The notes under the pieces are model-generated. The model worked only from the letters and a program-made list of their open reading frames with translations, was not told the origin of the DNA and made no database searches. From a virus (taxonomy: Duplodnaviria > Caudoviricetes): a stretch of DNA of 52,993 nucleotides. Of the stretch, positions 8,941 through 18,618 are shown one piece after another (the first letter of the stretch is position 1; each line of letters begins with the position of its first letter). Made by a program: the position numbers and the translations under genes. Location: IMG/VR virus record IMGVR_UViG_3300049793_000140, positions 1-52,993 of that record; one strand, written 5' to 3'.

Positions 8941-9360
8941 TTAGGGCGTCAACCATAGCTCGTTTCCTACAGCTTCGATTAACAAGGCTCCCCTGACTTG
9001 ATTAGTTGGAATTACTCCAAACCAAAAAACGTTGTTCGTCTGAAATCTCAGCGATAAGCCTGCGGGATTGCTCCAGTAAAGCGTGGTGAAAGCACTAGGA
9101 GCAAAGTTTGTAAATGTGAAGATGGGCGGCGAGCTGACGAATCGAATCAATCGCGGGCCGAGCTTCGCATCTACAGCATCGTTTGGAAGTGCAATCAAAA
9201 GAGTGCTCGCGTTGGTAATAATGAAAATGTTTGTGACGTAAGTGATGTTAGTTGACGGCGGCAATGGAATGTCGGCACTGAGAAGGATTGGCACACGCAC
9301 AGTTTGAGCTTGAATTCCAAGCGCGAGCAAGTTGGCTAAAAGCAAGAGAAACGTTTTCAT
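8941..9360 (-). CDS. Small secreted TN-rich beta protein
   Basis: Signal MKTFLLLLANLLALGIQA|Q; 6 TN dipeptides in 139 aa. Confidence 0.75.
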   Translation of the reverse strand: MKTFLLLLANLLALGIQAQTVRVPILLSADIPLPPSTNITYVTNIFIITNASTLLIALPNDAVDAKLGPRLIRFVSSPPIFTFTNFAPSAFTTLYWSNPAGLSLRFQTNNVFWFGVIPTNQVRGALLIEAVGNELWLTP

Positions 9361-11834
9361 TGGACTGGTAGTTTGAATGGCGACTTGCGTTTGCGGTGTG
9401 GCGTTGTCGGCGAAGGCACGGTAGGATTGAACACGTACGAGTATTCTGCGGAATTCCCGACGTTATCCATCGCTGTCACATAAAAGGTGTGGTTGCCGCC
9501 CGCCAGATTCGAGATCCACACGTGGTTGCTAGGCGAGTAAGCGGTATAACTGTCGCTGTCGAAGTGCCATTTGTAAACGATGTTTGTCGCGGTCGCGGTC
9601 GTGGTCCATGGGATGATTTTGGTATCGCACGCACTCCACTTGATCAATGTTGGATTTGCATCACCACTCCACGGGCCGGAAGGAGCCACGTCAAATGCAA
9701 TCGTTGGAGCCACCGTATCGGTCACTGTCGCGATGCTGGCCTGCTTCACATCGTTGGATAATTGAGCAAACGAAAGACTGCTGCTGATCAAGTATTGTGG
9801 GGTGCGCGTAATGGTGAATACTGCGGTATTCGTTGCCACCTGATTACCCATCACGTCCACGATGCCGACGCCCGTTGTGTTGGTGAGGGTGAGGCTCTTG
9901 AGAGTGCGGTCGTAATTCCATGCAGCAACCACTGAACCAGCCCCGTTCGTAAACCCAAACAAATCCATCGTAGTCGCCGATGAGTTGGTAATTTTTCCCA
10001 GGCCTAACCCGGTAAACGACTTGGCCATCAACAGGGCAACTCCATGAGGTGTTTCCGAGCAGTTATACTCAACGACCGTCGGATCAGTAGGCGATAGGTC
10101 TACCATTACGTCATTGTAGTATTTGCTCCAGTAATTCACGTAACGCATTCCCCATCCTAATGAGCGCAGCGCGGCATAGAGGCACCGATCCACATTGTAC
10201 TGGGAGCGTTGTTGCTTCTCGTTTCGAAGGGTCTCGGGTGAGAACGTCTCGGCCAGTGAAAAGTTGCCTTCGCGCAACGAATCCATCGTCTTCATGCCGC
10301 CGACACTCCAACCGCCCGATTCCGTGTTCCACACGGGCCGTATTCCGGCAAAAGCCCGCGCCCAATCTTGCATTGAAGCAAAATGAACATCACTTTCTGA
10401 AGCGTTGGGATCGGCTGAGCCGTCTTGTGGGTAAATGTGACCGGATACCGCGCTTACTTTTGCCTGCGTGCCGGCTGATAGCGCGTTCCAAATTGTCAGC
10501 GCGTCAGCGGCATGAGCCATTCCCCCGAAGGCTATAATATAGGCTTGCGGATCGGCATCGAGGATTGTCTTCACCGAATCGGTAATCATTGAGGCTATCC
10601 CGGTCAGATTTGTACCCAAGCCAACAGAATCCCATACCGATGCATTCGGCTCGTTCCAAGTCTCCCAGAAATGAATGTTGTACGGCGATTGGCTGTAGCG
10701 ATTGACCACTTGATAAACATAGTTGGTATATGCTGAAAAATTCGGACTCCCGTCGCCATTAGTCGCCCATGTGGGCCAAGCCAGGCCCGGGTACAGATTG
10801 CAAATCGGAACCATTCCGTTCGTCGCGATATTTGCCACCGCAGCATCATTGTAGACGAAAGCGCCGCTTGTGGGCTGAACCGTTGTCCAGCGCACCCCAC
10901 CAATCGGTGAGAGGTCGCGAGCGAAGGCAAATCCACTCCGGCGTTCGCGCAGCATGTGATAAGGCAAATAGTTTGGATGCGTGCCGATGATTCCGTTTGT
11001 ATCCTGCGTCGTGGCGACGGCGTAGGGCAGCACAGCGACCGACGTTTCATCAAAGGAATCGTTTGAACCATAGAGACGACTGATAATGCGCATATAACCG
11101 TTTTGCGTCGGCAATGCGACTGTGACCGTTTTGTTCGTGTTTGCGCTGAGAGCCACGGAGATTGAATTCGAAGCGACCAGGCGGTTGAGGTAGTCGTAAA
11201 TCAGGTATTGGCCCGTGGCGATTGCGGCCGCTCCATCATTCCAGAACCTATACCGGAATTGTTTGGTATCCCCAGAGAGAAGCAGATTATCAGCATCGGC
11301 GGTGTCGAGGCCAAGTTCTACCGGATATTCCGGGGAATACGTCGTAGCGCTTGAACCGGTCTCAAGCTGCACCGCGTCAACGAGTGTGTCGTTGACCAAC
11401 ACGTTCGCCGAGTAAATCTTAGCGTGATACATGCCGTTTGTGCTGAGCGTTGCCGTTGTGCTGAATCTCTGCCAGCCATTGGTAAACGTGACGGAGGTCG
11501 GAGGGGCTGCTTTCAGTTCCCCGCCGCCCATGATTCCAATCTTAACAGTGATGCTCGTTGGACTCCGGCCATACACGCTCATGGTATATGTGCCAGCCGT
11601 GAGCCACATCGCCCTGGAGATGATTCGGGAACCCAGTCGGAATGAGGTAGCCCCATGCCAGGCATCGGAGGTTCGCAGTTCGCCTGCCGAAGAATCAGCG
11701 TTTCCCTTGTTGTCGTTGCCGACGTAATAGATCCAGCCGCGCCCAGGCCCGCACTCAAAGGAGGAGTTTGGAATCAGGTTCGCCGCGCTGGCGCTCAAGA
11801 CCACGCTCCAAAGAAAGACGGCGACTGCTTTCAT
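9357..11834 (-). CDS. Secreted glycoside hydrolase, clan GH-A (GH39/GH5-like), with N-terminal CBM-like domain
   Basis: Signal MKAVAVFLWSVVLSASA|A; NLIPNSSFE CBM start; acid/base motif WETWNEPN; nucleophile motif VWNTESG; C-terminal Ig-like HTFYVTAMDNVGN. Confidence 0.82.
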   Translation of the reverse strand: MKAVAVFLWSVVLSASAANLIPNSSFECGPGRGWIYYVGNDNKGNADSSAGELRTSDAWHGATSFRLGSRIISRAMWLTAGTYTMSVYGRSPTSITVKIGIMGGGELKAAPPTSVTFTNGWQRFSTTATLSTNGMYHAKIYSANVLVNDTLVDAVQLETGSSATTYSPEYPVELGLDTADADNLLLSGDTKQFRYRFWNDGAAAIATGQYLIYDYLNRLVASNSISVALSANTNKTVTVALPTQNGYMRIISRLYGSNDSFDETSVAVLPYAVATTQDTNGIIGTHPNYLPYHMLRERRSGFAFARDLSPIGGVRWTTVQPTSGAFVYNDAAVANIATNGMVPICNLYPGLAWPTWATNGDGSPNFSAYTNYVYQVVNRYSQSPYNIHFWETWNEPNASVWDSVGLGTNLTGIASMITDSVKTILDADPQAYIIAFGGMAHAADALTIWNALSAGTQAKVSAVSGHIYPQDGSADPNASESDVHFASMQDWARAFAGIRPVWNTESGGWSVGGMKTMDSLREGNFSLAETFSPETLRNEKQQRSQYNVDRCLYAALRSLGWGMRYVNYWSKYYNDVMVDLSPTDPTVVEYNCSETPHGVALLMAKSFTGLGLGKITNSSATTMDLFGFTNGAGSVVAAWNYDRTLKSLTLTNTTGVGIVDVMGNQVATNTAVFTITRTPQYLISSSLSFAQLSNDVKQASIATVTDTVAPTIAFDVAPSGPWSGDANPTLIKWSACDTKIIPWTTTATATNIVYKWHFDSDSYTAYSPSNHVWISNLAGGNHTFYVTAMDNVGNSAEYSYVFNPTVPSPTTPHRKRKSPFKLPVQ

Positions 11835-13330
11835 TGGGAAAAGGTCGAAGTCGCTGAACGGATACTTGTCCCCTGCGCTGCGCCAATGTCCGGCTTGCCA
11901 ACTGTGCCGGTGTAACTCGCGGCAGTCTCGGTGAATGTTCCGCGCCCGGTTCCCTTGGCACCCACCAGGTTTATCCGGAAATCTCCGTTCGCCGGATCAA
12001 CCCAGGGGGTAGCATTAGCCGTGTACGTCTGTGAGTTGACGATATTGATACCGGCAATGGTGTTGATTTGCCCGAGATAATTGGTTTGGGTGCCAGACCC
12101 GAAGCCGCAATTGATGATTAAGCCATTGCGAAGCGTAGCCGATCCAGATGTGTTAATCCCCCAGCCGCCATTTTTCACAAAATTGGAATTCTCGATCAGT
12201 GCAAAACAGGCAGCGGTTGAGTTCAAATCCACTCCGTCGAGAATATTGTTGTACGCGTCGCAGTTCAGAATCCAGTTGGACCCCTGTGACCCAAGCGCAA
12301 AGCCATACTCGCCATTCGTGTCAGAGATGCATTCCGAAAATAAACAGAGTGTCGTTGTGCCAGTCGATACTCTAAAGCCGGATGTGTTTGAGCCGGCATT
12401 GTCGTGAGAAATACAGCGTATAAATTCGGTTCCGGTGACGGCATCGAAGAAACCTGCGAGGGCCGCCGTATTACTCTGATTGCAAGCGTAGGCTTCGCAC
12501 TCGATCAATGTCGATGATGCCGTGGCAACATTAACGCCATGCCCGCGAACGCTATTGACGACGACTCCCTGAATAAGACATTCGCCGCCCGTAGCCGAAA
12601 TGCCCGCCGCTGAACCGGTCGAACCGTTGTTTTGGATAATGCAATCAACCAAATCATTATTGACTCCACTCAGGGTAAAGGCGGTGTAACTTGATCCGCT
12701 AGTCGCTCCCGCAATCGTGAACTTTCCGCCGTCCCGAACGCTTGTAGTGTACCCTTGCCAGCGGGTTGGGCCGGCGAGCGAGTGCGTTATTCCCGCTGTC
12801 ATGCTGTAGGAGGTGCCGCTTTTGATGTTCACGCAAGGAACGTTTCCACCAGAATCTGTCATGGTATTCTGCACGAAATTAAACGGAAAACTTGCTGCGG
12901 CATTAGGCCCTTTCCATGCGCCGCCATGTTTCAAAGTAGTGGCGCCCAAGGCATCGGTTGCTGGCGCGGTGCCAGATTTGGCCGTCAAGGAAACCGTGAT
13001 TGTCGTTGAGTTAGTTGCCGTCACACGGGCGACGAATGTCGCGACCGTTGCGCCCGACGTGACATAGACGCTCGCCCAATCGCCAAGTGCAACATTGTCC
13101 GCCGCCGGATTGCCGGATGCCACAGTAAAGATCCCGGTCGTGGAATCCCATCCGCCAGCGACAATCGCGCTGGTATAGGTGTGCGCCGCTGAATCTGCGG
13201 TCGTGGAACCTGCGTTAAGATTGTTCCCGGTGGTCTGACAGTAAAATTCGGTGTATGTAGTGGCTGCCTGCATCACCAAAGCCCCCCTCAAAAGAGCCGC
13301 GAAAAGTAAATAAAGAAAAAGCTGCTTCAT
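11831..13330 (-). CDS. Secreted right-handed beta-helix (pectate-lyase-like/tailspike-like) protein, 499 aa
   Basis: Start moved to MKQLFLYLLFAALL (ATGA overlap with upstream stop); C.AY.N / C.S.DN beta-helix rungs; C-terminal PWVDPANGDFRI...DIGA motif. Confidence 0.8.
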   Translation of the reverse strand: MKQLFLYLLFAALLRGALVMQAATTYTEFYCQTTGNNLNAGSTTADSAAHTYTSAIVAGGWDSTTGIFTVASGNPAADNVALGDWASVYVTSGATVATFVARVTATNSTTITVSLTAKSGTAPATDALGATTLKHGGAWKGPNAAASFPFNFVQNTMTDSGGNVPCVNIKSGTSYSMTAGITHSLAGPTRWQGYTTSVRDGGKFTIAGATSGSSYTAFTLSGVNNDLVDCIIQNNGSTGSAAGISATGGECLIQGVVVNSVRGHGVNVATASSTLIECEAYACNQSNTAALAGFFDAVTGTEFIRCISHDNAGSNTSGFRVSTGTTTLCLFSECISDTNGEYGFALGSQGSNWILNCDAYNNILDGVDLNSTAACFALIENSNFVKNGGWGINTSGSATLRNGLIINCGFGSGTQTNYLGQINTIAGINIVNSQTYTANATPWVDPANGDFRINLVGAKGTGRGTFTETAASYTGTVGKPDIGAAQGTSIRSATSTFSQ

Positions 13331-16300
13331 TTCGTGAGTTGGAGTTGAAAAGTTAACTCGGTTGCCGCCGAACAAGCGGTCAGGTCAAAAGCGAAAATAT
13401 CTCCCGCCGTGACCGTGGTTGAAGTGAAGTCTGTAACCGTGGTGCTGTTCGTCGCGGTTCCCGAAGTAATCCCCAAGCCAGCCGTATTTATTAAATTCGA
13501 GGAGGTCGGATGAGCATTCCCGGAACCGATTTTCCAGCAATTCACGGTCGCCGTTCCTGTGTCTAAGACGATGCTCCAACCGGTGATCGTGGCGCTGTAT
13601 TCGCAAACCGCAAAGCCAGTCCTTTTGCCGGTGGCAATGATCGAGCCGCCGCCGTCCGAAGTGAAACCTAGCGTTGCCAGTTTTAGATTAGTCGCCAGGG
13701 TCGGGCTTGTGGCTGTGCCGGCCAAGTCGCCGGCGAGTTTGATTACGCCGGTCGCCGCTGTGGTCGCATTGCTGACAGTTAACGTTAGATCTGTGCTAAG
13801 ATCCCCCCCGCCAGCGAGTGGACCGGTTGTTGATATTGTCCGTGCATATGGAACTTTTGCCGCCCAGCCGGTGCTTGCAGAGCCGGATTCCTTCCAATAC
13901 ATCGTTGATCCCGCGCCACCGTCTGTACGGATCCAAATGTCTCCAACATTGCCTTGCTGGGCGCTTTCGGGGCTGCCCGTGCCTTTCTTGATCGTCGGGC
14001 CATTGTTTCCGAGCTGCCAGCGCGTCACGTTCGCGTTGCCGAGGGCAAAGGAGTTGTTGTTTGTTGCAAGTGCGCCGAAACCCGCCTGCGTCGTGTTCGT
14101 ATAGGTCAACGTCCCATTGCCATCGAAGTACCCTGCCTGCGCGCCCAAATAGGTATTGTAAGCCCCGGTCAAATTGTCATAGCCGGATCGTGCGCCCAGG
14201 CCGGAGTTTGAGTCAGATGTTGTTGTGTTTTTGAGAACCTCGGCGCCAAGCCCGGAATTGTAATTGCCCGTCGTGTTGCCGTTGCCGGAATACCAACCTA
14301 CGAAACTATTTGAATAGCTGTTTCCAGTCGTTCCGAGGGAAGCGCGTCCGATTGCGATGTTTTTTGAAGCGCTTACTTTGGTCAGTGCTGTATAACCGAG
14401 AATCACGTTGTCACCGCCGTCCGTCAAGTTTTGTCCAGCCTGGCGGCCTATGCCGAGATTGCCCGCGCCAGTGGTTAGATTTTCCAATGCATTTTCTCCG
14501 AGGCCCAAGTTGTTGATCGACCCTGCGATCGTCAGGAAAGTGTTTGTGCCCCCGAGCGCCAGTTGATTTGTCGAAATGAAATACCAAGCGCCTTGCGTCA
14601 GATTACCACCTGACCAAATGGCGTCAAAATTGTCTTCGCCTGTGCCGGATAATCCGCCGCTGGACGGAAACGTGAGCGCGTCTCCGGACGCCTCAACGCG
14701 CTGCCAAGTTCCGTTGCTGACACGGAAACCCATCGTAAAGGCAGAATCCGTATCGTTCGTGATGGTGCTTGTGGCTTCCTTCGTCTCCTCCCGCCAGAGG
14801 GCGGTCGTGACAGTCGCCACTTTAATCGTGCCGATCTGCGTCCCTCCGCTGGTATTCGTGCCGGTGATCTTGGCCCAGTAACCATTCGTGGAATCCGGTG
14901 GCATCGGGAGATTGACGCTGAATGTGGAACCGCTGAAGATCCCCCTGTAAAGATTGGTGTTGATGCTGATGGTTGCAGTCCCCGCGCCGGCAATGGTTCC
15001 AAGGTTGTTTTCGGACAAGTCGATGACGTTGGCGAAAAGATTCGTCGTGTTGCTGCCTGGCGGCGTGGCTTGAGTTCCATCGCTCCGCAGGAACGTTGCC
15101 GTACTTCCGGTCAGAAGAAGCGCGTTGGTCATGTGCGCCAGGGTTGCGGCAATGCCGTTTGTCTTGCTGGCATCGACCGCCAAGAGGCCACTGACAGCAA
15201 CGGTGTTCAGGACAGTTCCGGCTAATGCCCCGCCGCCGCCGGGAAATACAAGGGTGTTGCCGAGATAAAGCGAAGTGACATTCGCATTTCCAATTGTCGC
15301 AGTATTGCTGCCGTTACCAGTTGCCTCGGACCCAATAACGATTTCATTAGTGCCTGAGGTTGTTGAAAGCTGCGCATTTTGGCCGACAATAACGTCGTCA
15401 TTCCCGGTTACATTAGCGCTGCCGGCATTAGATCCAACGTCAACATTTCGCGCACCGCCGTTGTTGTTAAAACCGGCATTGTAGCCAACTGCGGTATTGT
15501 TGTCGCCAGAAGTGTCGTGCTGTAGAGCGCCGACGCCAAGCGCTACGTCTTGCAAAGTGGCGCTGGTACTAAATAAAGCGTTTTGCCCCATAGCAATTGA
15601 ATTTTGGCCACCAGTGACTCCGAACATTGCTCCGGGACCAATAGCGGTTAAACCGCTTAGTCCATCCGTCATTGCTCCCAACGCCGCCAAACCAATTCCA
15701 AAACTTGCGTTAGTGTTTACGTTTATAAAACTATTCGTGTCAGCAAATCCCATCCGTTGAGATCCGAGGCGAAACCAAGGAGAATTTGCAAATGTTGTGG
15801 CGCTTGATCGATATGGCAAATAGCCGTCGGTTGGGTTAATCGTTGTCCCGCCGCCCGCACTGAACGCTGCCCAGCCCGTGGTGCCAATGCCGGTTTGCTT
15901 TACGTAAATGATCCCATTTGAATAATCGGTGTACTCGCTTCCAATGTTCGCCGCCTGCACGCCTTCTGGACTTCCCGATCCATGATAAAATCCGAATCGG
16001 ACGGAGGCTGCGTCAGGTGAACCTGCACTCCACAACAAGGGGACAGCATCGTTGAGCCGCATCGAACTTGTATTGAAATACGCAACATCGACCGTGTTGG
16101 CTGCGATACTGATCGCGCCATTGGGATCGCGAAACATACCTCCACCTGGCGAAGCTAAGGTTCCACCTAGACCGATGGCGGGATTGGTAGCATTGCCTTG
16201 ATTCGTAGTAAAAAACGAAGTTGTCGCCGTGAGTGATCCGCTCATCGCCACAACCGACGAAGAAATCCTTTGGAGCGGACTATCCCCAAGCGTGTTGGTT

Positions 16301-18606
16301 CCCGTGGCGTAAGGAATAAAGGCGGGGGTGAATGGGCCGATCTGTTCAACGATCACGTTCGTGCCCCCTGTTGTTACGTTATCGTACTGACCATTATCCT
16401 TGAGCACTTTTAATCCAGTTCCTGCGTAACCGCTAGGAGACTTGACGTAAAAGTTTGTACTCCCATCGTTCTTGTAAATCGTCAGGCTGCTCGGGCCAAA
16501 CTTAAAGTTGTTGGTGCTTCCGAGTGTTCCAGCAAAATTAAATCCGGGGCTAACGTCCACCGTCAAATCACTGTCCAATTCGACAACTTTTGCGGCGTAG
16601 AAAGTCATTTGAGGAACCGAGCCAGCTCCCTCAGCGATCAGCATTTGATACTGGCCAGTCGGAACCGTGCGGTTGAGATAGAGAGTCCGAGATGATTTGC
16701 TGTAAAGAAATTGCGCGTCATCTGAATCAAGAGAATCCCCACTGAGCTTGTGGAAAACAATGTTACCATCGGCGAGCGTGGCAAAAATATTCGTGCCAGT
16801 CCCGCCATATGAAACAGGCAGTGGATTAAACGTCGTGAAATCCGTTGAGTTGGTTTTAACTACGACCCCAACGCCTCCACCAATTTGCGCAATGCCCGCT
16901 GAATTGACGTTCGCTATCTGCTCGGGATCGCTGGCGAATATTCTGCCACCCGATTTCCAAAAATGATAGATATTAACGGCATTCGTATCCACTGCCGGAA
17001 CCACGCCAGATATCCAGGTGAGTTCGTTCACACCTGCCCCCAACGTATTGGTAAATCCGAGAGTGAAGGTCGTGTTCGTGACCGTGAAGCTCACCTGTTG
17101 GCCTTCGGACATATTGATGATCCCCAAGGTCGTATTGCTCGCTAGTTCCTTTGAGAATTCGTTGCCGAGTCCGCCATCAATATTGACCCCGGAAACATCT
17201 CGAATCGTTGTGCTGAGTGGTCCTTCGACGTTAACAATGCCGCCGACCAGCCGTTTGAGCGGCGAATCCAGGAAAGTTTGAGCGTCGAACCGATAAGGGA
17301 TGTACTGATCAGTGGGATTGATGGCGGCTATGTTCGTGATAAATGTGCCATTGAAGAAAAAGTTTGTAAGGAAAGTATTCGTGGATAGGAATGTTATAAT
17401 GTCGCCCTGAATCGTGAAGACGTTGGTCGAAAAGAAGTTGCTGATCACATTAAGGTTAACCACTGTGATGTTCGTTGTGAAAAAGTTACTGGCATAGAAG
17501 TTGACCGCATTAGTGGTTGCCAGAATTGTTACGACAGTGTTGCTCCCGCTATCTGTTGCCGTAACGCCATCGCCGACGAAATTGATGGTCGTTTGTTGGG
17601 ATAGCGCGGCGCCTTCGTCCTCGATCGTGTTGTAGGCATTTGTCACGCCAACGCTGCCAGTGATAGGGACCGACCAGTGACCTGTGCCATCCAGGAATTT
17701 CAAGATGTCGCTGGGGAAAGTTGCGTTGTCGGCGATTCTCAGAGTATCCACCACGCCCCCCGGTTGGGCGAAACGTAGATAATTGGTGCCAAGTGAAATC
17801 GGACTGTTGGAGAGCGTGTGTGTGCCGATCCACATCGGCAATGTGTTGCTCGTTCCACTTCCGAACAAGAGATTGCTCGAACTTCCACCGACAAAAGTAA
17901 CGTTCGTCAGAGTGATCCCGCTGTTAATTGTAATATTCGTTCCGGTAAGAAGAAAAATATTCGTATCGAATCCGATAAGTCCAATCGATTGCCGCCAGGT
18001 CACATGGCCCGAGCCGTCTTGCGCCAAGACGCTGCCAGGCGTTCCCTGAACCGTCGGCAGCGTGTAGGCTAGCCCGTTTATCGCATAGATGAAGTTCGTA
18101 GCTGAATCCGTATAGATTCGAAGGCCGCCAGAGCCGCCGATCTGGAGATACTTTTGGTTGATCTTCAGGCTTGAAGGAATCAGAGAAAGCATAAATTGGT
18201 TCGTGGTATTTCCACCGGTGAGATTGGAGACAAAGGCGGCATAACCTTTAGATGCAGCCGCGCTCAGGACGGCTGCAATTTTCGTGTTATCTCCAGGCGA
18301 CCCATCTCCAACTGCCCCGCCCCAGCGAAAGTCAACCGGCCCACTGAAACGCCGATCATAAGACCAATTTGCATCGTCGGTGGATTGAATTCTGAAAATG
18401 CCGTCCACGAGGATTGACGAATTGGTAATGACAAACAGACCGCCCCCGCCTTGTCCGGGCACGTCGAAGTCTCGGACGAATACGGACTTGTCCAGATTCC
18501 CAATCTTGCGCGTCTTAAGCGCGGCGACGTTTGGCACCTCATCGACGAAGCGTTGGCCCAGGGCAGGCAGGCCAATTAAGAAAAAGATTGCCAGTAATCG
18601 TTTCAT
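13327..18606 (-). CDS. Large modular tail-fibre/adhesin-like protein with signal peptide
   Basis: Signal MKRLLAIFFLIGLPALG|Q; tailspike-type N-domain (PGQGGGGLF); two blocks of YadA-head-like N.A.G..A repeats; repeated INPTD.Y.PY...T..DSP and GSPE...GW modules. Confidence 0.85.
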   Translation of the reverse strand: MKRLLAIFFLIGLPALGQRFVDEVPNVAALKTRKIGNLDKSVFVRDFDVPGQGGGGLFVITNSSILVDGIFRIQSTDDANWSYDRRFSGPVDFRWGGAVGDGSPGDNTKIAAVLSAAASKGYAAFVSNLTGGNTTNQFMLSLIPSSLKINQKYLQIGGSGGLRIYTDSATNFIYAINGLAYTLPTVQGTPGSVLAQDGSGHVTWRQSIGLIGFDTNIFLLTGTNITINSGITLTNVTFVGGSSSNLLFGSGTSNTLPMWIGTHTLSNSPISLGTNYLRFAQPGGVVDTLRIADNATFPSDILKFLDGTGHWSVPITGSVGVTNAYNTIEDEGAALSQQTTINFVGDGVTATDSGSNTVVTILATTNAVNFYASNFFTTNITVVNLNVISNFFSTNVFTIQGDIITFLSTNTFLTNFFFNGTFITNIAAINPTDQYIPYRFDAQTFLDSPLKRLVGGIVNVEGPLSTTIRDVSGVNIDGGLGNEFSKELASNTTLGIINMSEGQQVSFTVTNTTFTLGFTNTLGAGVNELTWISGVVPAVDTNAVNIYHFWKSGGRIFASDPEQIANVNSAGIAQIGGGVGVVVKTNSTDFTTFNPLPVSYGGTGTNIFATLADGNIVFHKLSGDSLDSDDAQFLYSKSSRTLYLNRTVPTGQYQMLIAEGAGSVPQMTFYAAKVVELDSDLTVDVSPGFNFAGTLGSTNNFKFGPSSLTIYKNDGSTNFYVKSPSGYAGTGLKVLKDNGQYDNVTTGGTNVIVEQIGPFTPAFIPYATGTNTLGDSPLQRISSSVVAMSGSLTATTSFFTTNQGNATNPAIGLGGTLASPGGGMFRDPNGAISIAANTVDVAYFNTSSMRLNDAVPLLWSAGSPDAASVRFGFYHGSGSPEGVQAANIGSEYTDYSNGIIYVKQTGIGTTGWAAFSAGGGTTINPTDGYLPYRSSATTFANSPWFRLGSQRMGFADTNSFINVNTNASFGIGLAALGAMTDGLSGLTAIGPGAMFGVTGGQNSIAMGQNALFSTSATLQDVALGVGALQHDTSGDNNTAVGYNAGFNNNGGARNVDVGSNAGSANVTGNDDVIVGQNAQLSTTSGTNEIVIGSEATGNGSNTATIGNANVTSLYLGNTLVFPGGGGALAGTVLNTVAVSGLLAVDASKTNGIAATLAHMTNALLLTGSTATFLRSDGTQATPPGSNTTNLFANVIDLSENNLGTIAGAGTATISINTNLYRGIFSGSTFSVNLPMPPDSTNGYWAKITGTNTSGGTQIGTIKVATVTTALWREETKEATSTITNDTDSAFTMGFRVSNGTWQRVEASGDALTFPSSGGLSGTGEDNFDAIWSGGNLTQGAWYFISTNQLALGGTNTFLTIAGSINNLGLGENALENLTTGAGNLGIGRQAGQNLTDGGDNVILGYTALTKVSASKNIAIGRASLGTTGNSYSNSFVGWYSGNGNTTGNYNSGLGAEVLKNTTTSDSNSGLGARSGYDNLTGAYNTYLGAQAGYFDGNGTLTYTNTTQAGFGALATNNNSFALGNANVTRWQLGNNGPTIKKGTGSPESAQQGNVGDIWIRTDGGAGSTMYWKESGSASTGWAAKVPYARTISTTGPLAGGGDLSTDLTLTVSNATTAATGVIKLAGDLAGTATSPTLATNLKLATLGFTSDGGGSIIATGKRTGFAVCEYSATITGWSIVLDTGTATVNCWKIGSGNAHPTSSNLINTAGLGITSGTATNSTTVTDFTSTTVTAGDIFAFDLTACSAATELTFQLQLTK

Positions 18607-18618
18607 CGGGTTATTCCT

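Noticed and set aside
6287-9400. PEP-CTERM or sortase-type anchors on the secreted proteins
   Set aside because: The basic tails lack the PEP/LPxTG motif and the transmembrane helix.
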